A stretch of DNA of 64,000 bases, taken from the IMG/VR virus record IMGVR_UViG_3300012007_000013, positions 20,435 through 84,434 of that record; one strand, 5' to 3'. The notes beneath the pieces are model-generated. The model ran no database searches. It had not been told where the DNA came from and saw only the letters and a list, made by a program, of their open reading frames with translations. Origin of the DNA: a virus. Taxonomy: Duplodnaviria; Caudoviricetes. Shown piece after piece: positions 1 through 10,015 of the stretch (positions are counted from its first letter, which is position 1; the number at the start of each line of letters is the position of its first letter). Both the position numbers and the translations under genes were made by a program.

Positions 1-23
1 GACATCTAATAATTAGAGAACCA

Positions 24-422
24 ATGGCATACATCGACAGGGACGAATTACAGGACTATCCTTTCGAGGGTGAGTTTTACCGCTCGGTGAACAATCCTTC
101 TTCGCTTCTGAACTCACAGACGGAGGAGATTATCGCCAAGGTGGTATGCGACATTCAGGAGGATGCCAACTTCCGCGCGACAGCGACTGCGAAAGCGGTC
201 TACGCCGTGTATGTTCCTTTCGACAGCGACACCGACGTCGTTCCCGTGCAGCGAGGCAATATGTTCAGAGGCTACCAATACGGGCTGCTTGTGGCTGGCA
301 AGGTCATAGGCGTTTTCCCGTCACAGTTGGGGACCTTCGACAACTACACCGAGCGAGGGGATGACGTGGTGCCGCACCGATGCCGTGGTTATCTTGCAAG
401 GGTGGAGGCTACTGACGTATGA
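24..422 (+). CDS. putative head-tail joining (stopper/adaptor-like) protein
   Basis: 132-aa ORF directly upstream of tail completion and tail tube genes; assignment mainly from synteny. Confidence 0.45.
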   Translation: MAYIDRDELQDYPFEGEFYRSVNNPSSLLNSQTEEIIAKVVCDIQEDANFRATATAKAVYAVYVPFDSDTDVVPVQRGNMFRGYQYGLLVAGKVIGVFPSQLGTFDNYTERGDDVVPHRCRGYLARVEATDV

Positions 423-1051
423 TTGGCGGTATCTTTCTTGAAATCCCATTCGGTGATATTTACCATGTGGAATCTGTCTCTCGTATCAGGACAAACATCA
501 ATAAATTGTTTGGATATTCAGACAATTATTTCACAAAAGGTAATATGGATAAACAAATAGTTAGTCAGATATTGAAGATTGGGAGGGAAGATATATCGCG
601 CCATCTTAGTACAGTTAGGAAAGATTACCAACACAGGTCTTCTGACCTAATCAGAAGCACCGTTCTTGGAGTTTTCAAAGACAGAAAGTGGACAAAGGAC
701 TACTACCGCTTTGACAGCAAACAGCCGGAGGAAGCGCCGCCGCTGCGCCCTCACGACGATTGGGATTTAGACCAACGTGCAGTTGAATTTTTGAGCGAAT
801 ATAAACTACATTATACAGGCTCTCGATTCACAGCAGTAATTGCAGCCACTGCCCCTTATGCGGTAAGGGTGGAGTCTACAAATTGGACGTGGGACTACCC
901 GGGCTATGCACTTGCTGTTCTAAAGTATGGTATCAACAGAATAGGTGGCGCTTTGATGAAAGCAAGACCCGATTCCGCAAAAGGTAGTGCAATGTACGGA
1001 TATATATTTGAGACAACAGGAACGTCACAGATACAGAAAAACGGATTGTAA
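419..1051 (+). CDS. putative neck/tail-component protein (HK97 gp10-like position)
   Basis: ORF coupled to both neighbours; position in the head-tail module; true start may be later (MDKQIV). Confidence 0.4.
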   Translation: MIGGIFLEIPFGDIYHVESVSRIRTNINKLFGYSDNYFTKGNMDKQIVSQILKIGREDISRHLSTVRKDYQHRSSDLIRSTVLGVFKDRKWTKDYYRFDSKQPEEAPPLRPHDDWDLDQRAVEFLSEYKLHYTGSRFTAVIAATAPYAVRVESTNWTWDYPGYALAVLKYGINRIGGALMKARPDSAKGSAMYGYIFETTGTSQIQKNGL

Positions 1052-1452
1052 TGAATGAACTGAACAGAAACGCAAACACGTCGAACGTCGAAGAGTACCT
1101 ATACCAAGCCTTGTGGGGCAAGGTATCAGACCACGTTTTTGCAGGAACGTTGCCCACGACAGTAGGCGGCAACTGGAACGATATGGTGCTCATAGACTGC
1201 GACCTGCCGATGGCTGACTACGGCCCGTACAGCAGTGCGACAGTCTACATTTTCCTCTATGCGAGACCAAACCCAGACGGAACGAAAAACGTTCCGCTTC
1301 TCGCACAGATGGAGAATAAATTATGCGACGTGCTTGACAGCATCTCTAATGCTCACTACTCCGTGAACCGACTGTCCAACGGTGCCGACTACGACACTAC
1401 ATTGCAGTGGCACCGAAATTTCGTCTACTTTTCATTAACAATATCTTGCTAA
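1051..1452 (+). CDS. putative tail terminator/completion protein
   Basis: 133 aa, immediately upstream of the tail tube gene; typical siphovirus order. Confidence 0.45.
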   Translation: MNELNRNANTSNVEEYLYQALWGKVSDHVFAGTLPTTVGGNWNDMVLIDCDLPMADYGPYSSATVYIFLYARPNPDGTKNVPLLAQMENKLCDVLDSISNAHYSVNRLSNGADYDTTLQWHRNFVYFSLTISC

Positions 1453-1485
1453 AAAAATAATCAATAAAATAAGAAAGGAAAAACA

Positions 1486-2178
1486 ATGGCTTCACAACTT
1501 AAAAAAACAAACGCAAACCAGCGTAGATTTCAAGACCCCATTGCAATGTTTGTCACGCCTTATGGGTATGACGCAGACATGAATCTGAATCTTGGCGAAA
1601 TCACGTATGACATCCACGACATCGTTGGAGACACCATTTCGCTGACGCAGGACGACCCAGACAAGACCGAAATCTCTTGGGAGTTTGGTGACGACCCTCT
1701 GGATACCAACGTCAATGCTGGCGCCAAGAACTTCACGTGCCAGTGCTTGGACTTCCAAGACGACATCTTGAAGGCTCTCTTTGGCTGCAAGATTCTGAAT
1801 GGGGCAACCATTTGGCCGACTGGCTACGAAGACCTCTACGTCTACATCCGCGTGGTGTTTGACAAATTCGACCTGGTTCTTCCCTATGTTAAGATGGACT
1901 CCAAGACGACCCTCGAAAACATGCGTTCAGACATCGCCCGCGGTGAACTTTCCGGCACTCTGATGTCAAAGGAAATCACCATTGCTGGTCTTCCGACAAG
2001 TGACGGACAGCAGGCTCCTTCTGGCACCAACAAAACGTCTGCTAACACCGCTGAGACCCCGATGGCTATATTGCCGAACTCGGATACCAACGCAAAAGCC
2101 GCTTACATTACCAATATCAGTGGTACTGGTTCTTCGGCCACCACTTCGTTGGTCTGCGACTACCGCGATGTTGAATAA
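1486..2178 (+). CDS. major tail (tube) protein, paralogue 1
   Basis: 230 aa, beta-rich; position before chaperones and tape measure; followed by a strong terminator; shares FTCQCLDFQDDILKALF with the next gene. Confidence 0.65.
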   Translation: MASQLKKTNANQRRFQDPIAMFVTPYGYDADMNLNLGEITYDIHDIVGDTISLTQDDPDKTEISWEFGDDPLDTNVNAGAKNFTCQCLDFQDDILKALFGCKILNGATIWPTGYEDLYVYIRVVFDKFDLVLPYVKMDSKTTLENMRSDIARGELSGTLMSKEITIAGLPTSDGQQAPSGTNKTSANTAETPMAILPNSDTNAKAAYITNISGTGSSATTSLVCDYRDVE

Positions 2179-2207
2179 ACATCAAAAAAACTCTTCATTA
2201 CAAATGG

Positions 2208-2243
2208 GAAAGGGAATGGTCGAGTACCATTCCCTTTCTTTCT
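2208..2243 (+). terminator. intrinsic terminator
   Basis: 13-bp stem GAAAGGGAATGGT/ACCATTCCCTTTC, 5-nt loop, then TTTCTT. Confidence 0.8.
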
Positions 2244-2258
2244 TAAAAAAAATAGATT

Positions 2259-3035
2259 ATGTCATTGATTGAGACAAAAACAGGACGAAAATACTTCCGC
2301 AAGACGGAGTCGATGATGCTGGTGCCGTATGTTTACGACGACAGCGACGAAGTGAACGACTACGTTCTCGGGAGTGACGTCTATGATATATCTGCTGTCA
2401 TTGGTGACAGCATCACTCTTGAACAGAAAGACGGCGACGTCGATGAGAAATTCAACGAGTTTGTACGCACACCGATAGTGCGCAATGTTACTGCAGGTTC
2501 ATACGATTTCACGGCACAGTGCCTTGACTTGCAGGACAAGATTCTGAAATCTCTTTTCTGTGCATATACTGCAAGCGGTGCGACAGGTGTTGTGCAAGGT
2601 GTCGTCGCTATGCCTGACGACTATCAATTGCAGTATGTCATGATACGCATACGTTTCAAGGACGCGAGCCTTTCTGACATCGTACTTCCGAAGGTCCAGA
2701 TGAACAGCAATATTCTCTTGCAGCAGATGAAGTCGAGAGGTTCGCAGGGGAATGTCAGCGGCACGGCATTGTCTCAAAGGGTGGCTGTCATCGACATAGG
2801 CGACGCGGCGCCTATGGTATTGCAGTTCGGCTCGGGTTCGGTCGGAGAGTCCACGTTCGTTCCTGTTACGCCTGTTTTGTTTGTGCCTCGCGGATACACG
2901 CCTATGGTGCTTCATCACGAGGATGATGCAGACGATAACAAATACGTTTTTTCCACCGTCAATTTCTCAACAGGCTCGGTGGCTCACAACACTGTTGTTA
3001 ATATCGAGGACGGGAGTTACGAAACATTGTCGTGA
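2259..3035 (+). CDS. tail tube-like protein, paralogue 2
   Basis: 258 aa; VIGDSITLEQ and FTAQCLDLQDKILKSLF align with 1486..2178. Confidence 0.6.
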   Translation: MSLIETKTGRKYFRKTESMMLVPYVYDDSDEVNDYVLGSDVYDISAVIGDSITLEQKDGDVDEKFNEFVRTPIVRNVTAGSYDFTAQCLDLQDKILKSLFCAYTASGATGVVQGVVAMPDDYQLQYVMIRIRFKDASLSDIVLPKVQMNSNILLQQMKSRGSQGNVSGTALSQRVAVIDIGDAAPMVLQFGSGSVGESTFVPVTPVLFVPRGYTPMVLHHEDDADDNKYVFSTVNFSTGSVAHNTVVNIEDGSYETLS

Positions 3036-3053
3036 CCATAAGCAAAAAAATCG

Positions 3054-3061
3054 TATCTTTG
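3054..3061 (+). promoter_or_regulatory. Bacteroidota housekeeping promoter -7 element (TATCTTTG)
   Basis: TAnnTTTG consensus 24 nt upstream of ATG 3085; same motif at 9564, 14801, 16100, 21102 (+) and 23189, 44364, 49392, 56329, 63579 (-). Confidence 0.75.
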
Positions 3062-3084
3062 CACTGAATTAAAACTTTAAGTAA

Positions 3085-3630
3085 ATGGCTATAATCAAGT
3101 CACAATCAAAAGTAAAGCAACAGATTAAAGAGCAGCAGAGGAAAGAACTGCTCGTTAGCGAAGAGGCGCAGAACCGCCTTGCCGAAATACTTGCTGACGC
3201 TCCGTCGATAGAGAAACTCGCAGGCACAGAATGGGAGATGCGCCCGCTACGTTTCGGAACGCAGTACCTTATCGTCGAAGAGGTTTGCAAAATCAACCAG
3301 GCGGAGAGCGCCACCTACGGCGATGTTCTGAAAGGGATGCTCGCACAGATACCTGCCACCTGCAAGGTGCTGACGCTTGCCCTGCTCAACGACAAGAACA
3401 GCATCTATCAGAACGGCGACCCCAACCAAGGGTTCAGCAAACTCTTCAACAAGACCTACAACACCGTCCTTTGGGAGGCTGACAGGAACGACCTTGCAAA
3501 GATTATGCTCGACTGCTTGCAGATGGTGGATGTCAGTTTTTTTATGGAGGCTCTGGGTATGCTCCAGATATTCAGAGCGAGCGTTACGGAGAAGAAAAGG
3601 ACGAGGATAAAGAAAACAGGACAGAAGTAG
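3085..3630 (+). CDS. tail assembly chaperone (G-like)
   Basis: Between tail tube and tape measure genes; contains in-frame T TTT TTT heptamer at 3537-3543. Confidence 0.6.
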   Translation: MAIIKSQSKVKQQIKEQQRKELLVSEEAQNRLAEILADAPSIEKLAGTEWEMRPLRFGTQYLIVEEVCKINQAESATYGDVLKGMLAQIPATCKVLTLALLNDKNSIYQNGDPNQGFSKLFNKTYNTVLWEADRNDLAKIMLDCLQMVDVSFFMEALGMLQIFRASVTEKKRTRIKKTGQK

Positions 3631-3659
3631 TCCGCTCCGTAAGCGAAATTGGAGACATA

Positions 3660-3884
3660 GTGGACTTCCTCAAAGCCAACCCGTTTATGACGATGGATGA
3701 TTACCTTTGGAAGTACAGCATACCGATGATAAAGATAATGGGGATGGACAATTCCCACGTCAATTACCTCAGTGAGAATGAGGCGAAGAACAGAGGCGTG
3801 AAGAACGTCGATGTCAACAATATGAGCGTGGAAGAGTTGAACAACGACCTTGGGGTCAAAATCAAATTTCCTAACGAACAATAA
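3660..3884 (+). CDS. tail assembly chaperone, T-like part
   Basis: -1 frame relative to 3085..3630 and open from the slippery site to 3884. Confidence 0.5.
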   Translation: MDFLKANPFMTMDDYLWKYSIPMIKIMGMDNSHVNYLSENEAKNRGVKNVDVNNMSVEELNNDLGVKIKFPNEQ

Positions 3885-3903
3885 ATCATAAAGATATACC
3901 GAT

Positions 3904-6900
3904 ATGGCAGACAACGTCAGCGACCAGATAAAGAATTTCGACCAGTCGATTAAAGACGCAGATAAGTCGTTAAAAAATCTGTTGGATACATATAATAAGT
4001 TTGAAGCGAAGGCAAACGCTCCCACCGACAAGGGGTTTAAGATGCTGCACGACACCGCTACACGTGGAAGTGAACAATTTACGAGCGCACAAAACAAGGC
4101 GAAGAAATCGGTTGAGAAAACCACAAGTAGCATAAAAGAACAAAAAGGTTCTCTAGAATCTATGCTTCCCACCCTCCGCCGCCTTGCCTCCGCATTCGGT
4201 GTGGCGTTTTCTGTGCAGGGGCTTGTGAACTTCGGCAAGAAACTTGTCGAAACGAGAGGCGAGTTTGAGTTGCAGCAGGTCGCTATGCGTTCTATCTTGC
4301 AGAACAAGCAACTTGCCGACGAGATTTGGGACAAGACAATGCAGGCGGCATTGCAGTCTCCGTTCACCGCTATGCAGTTGACAAAGTACACGAAGCAGTT
4401 GGCTGCATACCGTATCGAGACAGACAAACTCTTCGACACAACCAAGCGACTTGCAGATGTGTCGGCTGGTCTTGGCGTCGATATGCAACGCCTTATCCTT
4501 GCCTATGGACAGGTGAAGGCTGCAAACTATCTACGTGCGTCTGAAATCCGTCAGTTCACAGAGGCGGGCGTGAACATTCTCGGTGAATTATCAACATACC
4601 TGTCAAAGACAAGAGGCGAAATGATTTCGACCGCACAGGTGATGGATATGGTTCAGAAGAGGATGGTGACTTTTGAGGACGTTGAAGCCATATTCAAGAG
4701 GATGACCGATGAAGGCGGCATATTCTATAATATGCAATACGTTCAGTCGCAGACAGTCAAAGGTCAGATAAATAAACTGCACGACGCCTACGACCAAATG
4801 TTGAACAGTATAGGTAAGGGGAATGAGGGCGTTTTAAAAGATGTCGTCGCTGCATTAAACAACATTGTACAAAACTGGAGATATTGGGCTGCTGCAATAA
4901 AGTCGATTGCATTTGGCACTATTATAGCAAGTCTCACAAAGTTGGGCGTTACACTAACAGGGGTTAATGTTGCGGGAATTGCAGCTGGCAAAGGAATGAC
5001 AAAACTTGCAGGTGGGGTCAAGGCTCTTGGTGTTGCTTTAAAAGGCAACTGGCTTACACTTGCAATAGGGGCTGTCGTATCTCTCGCAGCAGAGTTGTAC
5101 AACCTCAACAAGAGAATGAAAGCCGTCAATGCTGAAATTGACGAGCAGAATCTTAATTTATTTGAGACAAAGGAGAGACTTGAAGGATACCAGACGGCAA
5201 TAGAAAAGAACAACAAGGCGTTAGAGGGTAGCACTGGGAACGAAGAGAAACTAAAGAAGAAAAGAGAAGAGAACGCTGAAATACTCGCAAAACTAAAAAA
5301 TGATTACCCCCAACTTGCCGAGGGGATGGAGATGCAGAAGAACGGCGTTATTGACCTTACCGATGCCCTTAAAAAAGAGAATGAGGAGTTGGAAAGGCAA
5401 ATAACGCTTAATAGCTTGATGAAGCAGTCGTCAATATTTGACGAAAATTTGACGAAAGATGCGCAGGATTTGTCCAAGGCTTACATTAACCAACAGCAAC
5501 AAATTATTGCTGCGAGGGCACAGGCTCGCAGTTTAATGGTGCAATTAAAGCAAAGGGGGGCAGAAGGGTCTAATCAATATGACATATTAAAGCAAATTTC
5601 AGAGATAAATCCAGACGATTTGCAAAAGGCATACAAGAGGCTAATAGAATTAAGGCATCTCCTTTATAATGATATATATACACTTAATGGGAAACAACCT
5701 GCCCCAGGAACATACCAACCTCTTGAAGATTATTATAGAAATTATTTGAGAGGAATTTCTAATGTATCGGGTTCAGAGAAAGAACTAGGTGACGAGTTTA
5801 ATAAATTAGGTGAATATATTGGATATGAGTTGGAGAAAGGATTGGAGTCTGAATACAAAGAAGAGATAGAGAAATCAGGACTTTCTACGTTACAATGGTA
5901 CGCACTTAACGTAAACAAAGTACAAAAAGATATAGACGATGGTGTTGTAGATATTTATAGGTTTTTACGGGATTCGCTGGAGAAAAACGGACAGGCTCAA
6001 GGACCCGGTATGCAGACTTTTTGGAATAATATAGTAAAGACAAACTATATTGACCCTTATTTTAAGGCGTGGAAAGTCGGTATGGAAGAATTAGAAGCGG
6101 GTGGATGGCGTTTTCCAATGGCATTACCGACTGAGAGCGGTATGCCAAATATCTTTGCAACGCCCAAGAAAGGTGGTGATACTTCCGAAACCATAATAAA
6201 AGATGATGACGGCTCAAAAGCCAAGAAAAACGCTTCAAGGTTGATTTCTCTCATCCGTGAGATGCGTGCTGAATACGACAAGTTGTCGAAGTCGGCTTAC
6301 GGCTATGCAAAGAGCGAGGAGAAGGTAAGGACGAGTTTCGCAAAATCCTATGAGGCAATATTAAAAGAGGCTGGTGTACCGGAAAATTTTGACTTTAGTA
6401 CGAATGCTGGAGAAATTGCTGCATTAGAAAAGGTTCGTGATTATGTAAAAGGCAACGCTAAATTTGCAGAAGATGCGTGGAAAGATGTCCAAAAGGTTAT
6501 CGACCAATTAAAAACCGAATCCGAAATTGAAGTTCAAGTCCGCATCCGCGAGGACTTCGGTCGTCAGATGGAGGAGGCTTTCGGGAATTACGAACTCACG
6601 CTCGAGTTGCAAAAACTCAATCTTCCGAAAGGACTTGCCTCCGAGATGTGGGGTATCGAAGAAACGGACTTGCAAGACTTACGCGCAAGACTGAGTGAAA
6701 TGTATAACGGCCTCCGCGACGAGAATGGACAACTGTATACAGACGCCTTTAAAGATTACGAGAAATTCCTCAACAAGATTGACGAACTTGAAAGAAAGCA
6801 GCAGAGAGAGAGATTGAAGGACTATGCCAAATACCTCGAGACACAGTATAGCGACAGGGTGAAGATTGAGATGGAATACATTCAGAAACTCTCCCGTCTT

Positions 6901-8964
6901 GAGGCAGAAACGGCAATACCCGAGGCACAGAAGTCCGCTATCCGAGAGGGTCTGAGGAAGGAGTTTGACGAGAAATCGCGCAAGCAAGACTGGGAGGATT
7001 TCAAAGGCTCAGAGTTTTATGTCGAGATGATGGAGGACTTGGAGAAGCAGGGCACGGCATCCCTTGAAGTTATGCGCAAGAAACTCCTTGAAATGAGGGC
7101 AAATGCTGAAAATCTTTCCCCGAGGGCGCTGAAAGAAGTTGTGAATGCCCTTGAAAAGATTGACGAGATTGAACGCAAGAGAACACAACCTTTAAAGAGG
7201 GTTAGAGATGCTCAAAAGGCGTTGGAGGGGGTGAATATGAAAGAGGTGTATGAGGAACTTGCGATAAACCAAGAGCAACTTGCCTTGAGCGAGGAGCAAG
7301 AGCGCAGTATGGAGCGTGCGATTATGCTCATACAGAAAAGAAACGAACTCGAGAAACAGGGTTACACCATAGAGGAAGCAAGGGTTCGCCTTTCGCAGGC
7401 AAATCAGGCTCGTGACTTTGCTCAATCGGCTCTTGATGCGTTCAAATCTGACGGCTCAAAGGAGGCCCAAGACAATCTTGCAACATTGGAGCAGGTTTTG
7501 AATAAAGCAAAGGCAGACGTCGAGAAGTGGCAGGAAATTGTCAATATACTGTCAGGAAAGGCAGTCATCGACGAACAAGCGAAAGGGAATAACTATACAA
7601 CTCTCGGTCTCAGTGAGTTGCAGGAACGCAGAAAGAATATAAAGCAATCTATCAAGGATTTAGAGGGCGTAATTGGGAAAGAAGAGGAACTTGCAAAACT
7701 CAACAAAGAACTGAACGACGCTTGGGATGCAACCTATGAGGCAATCAAGGGTTGGGCGTCATCTGTACAAAACGTATTCGATGGCGTTATGGACAATGTG
7801 GACTACTTCTCTGATTCAACATACGGCATGGTAACTGCTTGGAAGGAATTTGGGGATACATCCGTGTCAGCATTAAACGACCTCGTGAGCGGCATTCAGG
7901 CGTACAGAAAGGCAAACGCGGAGGCTGAGAAAGACAATGCAGCGACAGGTTTATTTACTGCAAACGGACTACAACTCGCCCTTGTTGTATTGGGCGTTCT
8001 TATGAAAATTGTGCAAGCCATAGCAAAGCAGCACGACGCGGCGCTTGACAAGCAGATACAGAAGCAGCAGGAACGCATCGACGCCCTCAAAGACGCCTAT
8101 GCCCGCCTCGAGAAGCAGATTGAGAAAACTTGGAGCAGCGTGTCCTATATGCAGACCTACGAGCAACAGGTGCAGAACATACGAGAGCAGATTGACGCTA
8201 TGGAGGCACAGATGCGTGCGGAAGAAGCGAAGAAGAATACCGACGACAATGCTGTCCGTCAGTACCAGCGCGACATACAGGACGCTTACGACCAACTTGA
8301 TGAGTTGGAGCAGAAGTCCATCGAGGTGTTCGGTGGCATCGGCGAAGAGGGGTATCGTAGTGCCGCAGAGGGTTTCGTCGAGGCTTGGAAGTCGGCATTC
8401 TTGGAGACGGGTGACGGACTGCAAGGTCTGCAAGACCACTTCGACGAGTTCCTACAAGACTGGTTTACCAAACAAGCAACGATGCTTATTGCAAGAAAAT
8501 ATTTGGACACGATGTTTGACCAAATAGATGCAGCGGTGAATAAAAATGGTCGTGGAGGAGTGGAAGTTGCATGGGACGAGATACAAGACATAATGGATAC
8601 GGCGACATCACAGTTCCCTGCATTTTCTGCCGAGTTGGAGGAATTTTTCCGTAGATTTGGCGGTTTCGGAGAAGGCTCTCTCAGTGGTCTCGCCGCAGGT
8701 ATCCAAGGTATGACGGAGGAGCAGGCAAACATCCTCGAAGCCTATTGGAACAGCGTCCGCATGTACACGGCAAGCATTGACCAAAATGTTGCCATGATTG
8801 CATCCGCGCTCGGTGTTGGCGGCAATTCGCCGTCGACAAACCCTCAACTTCAACAATTACAGTTGATAGCAGCAAACACACAGGCGACGCACCAACTGCT
8901 GCAAAGCGTTACAAGAAGCGGTCACTCGCTCGGCGGATATGGTATCAAGGTGTTTAACGATTAA
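3904..8964 (+). CDS. tape measure protein
   Basis: 1686 aa, helical/coiled-coil, tape-measure N-terminal domain (SPFT...LTKYTKQLAAY), hydrophobic segments, canonical position. Confidence 0.9.
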   Translation: MADNVSDQIKNFDQSIKDADKSLKNLLDTYNKFEAKANAPTDKGFKMLHDTATRGSEQFTSAQNKAKKSVEKTTSSIKEQKGSLESMLPTLRRLASAFGVAFSVQGLVNFGKKLVETRGEFELQQVAMRSILQNKQLADEIWDKTMQAALQSPFTAMQLTKYTKQLAAYRIETDKLFDTTKRLADVSAGLGVDMQRLILAYGQVKAANYLRASEIRQFTEAGVNILGELSTYLSKTRGEMISTAQVMDMVQKRMVTFEDVEAIFKRMTDEGGIFYNMQYVQSQTVKGQINKLHDAYDQMLNSIGKGNEGVLKDVVAALNNIVQNWRYWAAAIKSIAFGTIIASLTKLGVTLTGVNVAGIAAGKGMTKLAGGVKALGVALKGNWLTLAIGAVVSLAAELYNLNKRMKAVNAEIDEQNLNLFETKERLEGYQTAIEKNNKALEGSTGNEEKLKKKREENAEILAKLKNDYPQLAEGMEMQKNGVIDLTDALKKENEELERQITLNSLMKQSSIFDENLTKDAQDLSKAYINQQQQIIAARAQARSLMVQLKQRGAEGSNQYDILKQISEINPDDLQKAYKRLIELRHLLYNDIYTLNGKQPAPGTYQPLEDYYRNYLRGISNVSGSEKELGDEFNKLGEYIGYELEKGLESEYKEEIEKSGLSTLQWYALNVNKVQKDIDDGVVDIYRFLRDSLEKNGQAQGPGMQTFWNNIVKTNYIDPYFKAWKVGMEELEAGGWRFPMALPTESGMPNIFATPKKGGDTSETIIKDDDGSKAKKNASRLISLIREMRAEYDKLSKSAYGYAKSEEKVRTSFAKSYEAILKEAGVPENFDFSTNAGEIAALEKVRDYVKGNAKFAEDAWKDVQKVIDQLKTESEIEVQVRIREDFGRQMEEAFGNYELTLELQKLNLPKGLASEMWGIEETDLQDLRARLSEMYNGLRDENGQLYTDAFKDYEKFLNKIDELERKQQRERLKDYAKYLETQYSDRVKIEMEYIQKLSRLEAETAIPEAQKSAIREGLRKEFDEKSRKQDWEDFKGSEFYVEMMEDLEKQGTASLEVMRKKLLEMRANAENLSPRALKEVVNALEKIDEIERKRTQPLKRVRDAQKALEGVNMKEVYEELAINQEQLALSEEQERSMERAIMLIQKRNELEKQGYTIEEARVRLSQANQARDFAQSALDAFKSDGSKEAQDNLATLEQVLNKAKADVEKWQEIVNILSGKAVIDEQAKGNNYTTLGLSELQERRKNIKQSIKDLEGVIGKEEELAKLNKELNDAWDATYEAIKGWASSVQNVFDGVMDNVDYFSDSTYGMVTAWKEFGDTSVSALNDLVSGIQAYRKANAEAEKDNAATGLFTANGLQLALVVLGVLMKIVQAIAKQHDAALDKQIQKQQERIDALKDAYARLEKQIEKTWSSVSYMQTYEQQVQNIREQIDAMEAQMRAEEAKKNTDDNAVRQYQRDIQDAYDQLDELEQKSIEVFGGIGEEGYRSAAEGFVEAWKSAFLETGDGLQGLQDHFDEFLQDWFTKQATMLIARKYLDTMFDQIDAAVNKNGRGGVEVAWDEIQDIMDTATSQFPAFSAELEEFFRRFGGFGEGSLSGLAAGIQGMTEEQANILEAYWNSVRMYTASIDQNVAMIASALGVGGNSPSTNPQLQQLQLIAANTQATHQLLQSVTRSGHSLGGYGIKVFND

Positions 8965-8975
8965 AAATCAATACA

Positions 8976-9539
8976 ATGGCAGACATTAAAATTTTATCAC
9001 CGTTTATCCTCTCTTTTGAAGGTGGTTTTGTAAAACACCCGAATGACAAGGGGAAAGAAACAAACAAAGGGGTTACTATCGCCACTTGGAAGAAACAGGG
9101 ATACGACAAAGACGGCGACGGAGATATTGACGTTGACGACTTGAAAATGATTTCAGACGAGGATGCCGTGAACGTCATTCTCCGTCCTCATTATTGGAAC
9201 AGGTGGAAGGCCGACGAAATCAATAGCCAATCCATCGCTAATATTCTTGTGGATTGGGTCTGGGGTAGCGGCGTAAATGGAATAAAGATTCCACAGCAGT
9301 TGCTTTGTGTTAAAGCAGACGGTATTGTGGGACCGAAAACGTTGGCCGCGTTGAATGCAAAAGAGCCTCACGCATTCTTCAATCTTATCAAGAATAGGAG
9401 GGAGCAATTCTTCAATACAATAGTGAAAAACAATCCTAGTCAGAAGGTATTTTTGAAAGGATGGCTTCGCAGACTCAATTCGATAGGCTTTGGTTATCTG
9501 AAAGATAACAGGGGCAAAGTCACTCATTTCAAAGATTGA
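8976..9539 (+). CDS. endolysin, glycoside hydrolase family 108 with C-terminal peptidoglycan-binding domain
   Basis: N-terminal EGGF...D.G.ETNKGVT motif; DGIVGPKT and FLKGWLRR motifs. Confidence 0.85.
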   Translation: MADIKILSPFILSFEGGFVKHPNDKGKETNKGVTIATWKKQGYDKDGDGDIDVDDLKMISDEDAVNVILRPHYWNRWKADEINSQSIANILVDWVWGSGVNGIKIPQQLLCVKADGIVGPKTLAALNAKEPHAFFNLIKNRREQFFNTIVKNNPSQKVFLKGWLRRLNSIGFGYLKDNRGKVTHFKD

Positions 9540-9563
9540 TTTTTGTAAATTAAAAAATATTTG

Positions 9564-9571
9564 TATCTTTG
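9564..9571 (+). promoter_or_regulatory. Bacteroidota -7 promoter element upstream of the holin-like gene
   Basis: TATCTTTG in the AT-rich gap after the endolysin. Confidence 0.65.
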
Positions 9572-9613
9572 CACTCGTAAAAGTTAAAGTAAAACTTAAA
9601 TAAACATTACGCA

Positions 9614-10015
9614 ATGTGGTGGCAAACAATACTTATTGATGTTCTCTCGGTAACATCCATACTGAGCATAATCGCCGTTGTGCGATTTTGGAAGCAGAAC
9701 AAAAAACTCAAAGACAACGAGGTAAAAATCAACGACAGCGAGGTTGCTCAATCAAACGTCGAGGCACAGAAAGCCGAGATTGACCTCGCAAACAAGTACC
9801 GCGACGAGATGCTTAATATGGTGCAGATGGTGAAGGATGCGAACGAAAAGAATTTCACCAACCAAGACGAGATAATGCGTAGTCTCACACGGTTAGAAAC
9901 AAAGGTCGGCGATATAGAGAGTTATCTAAACGGACCCTACCACCAATACATTGCCGATAAGCAAAGCAGGTACAACCCGAATATCAAGCCAAATGAGGAT
10001 TCTTCAAAGTCATAG
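9614..10015 (+). CDS. holin-like membrane protein
   Basis: Single N-terminal TM segment plus coiled coil; lies between endolysin and spanin-like gene. Confidence 0.5.
   Translation: MWWQTILIDVLSVTSILSIIAVVRFWKQNKKLKDNEVKINDSEVAQSNVEAQKAEIDLANKYRDEMLNMVQMVKDANEKNFTNQDEIMRSLTRLETKVGDIESYLNGPYHQYIADKQSRYNPNIKPNEDSSKS

Noticed and set aside
3456-4445. 329-aa ORF on the - strand
   Set aside because: Antisense shadow of the chaperone and tape measure genes.
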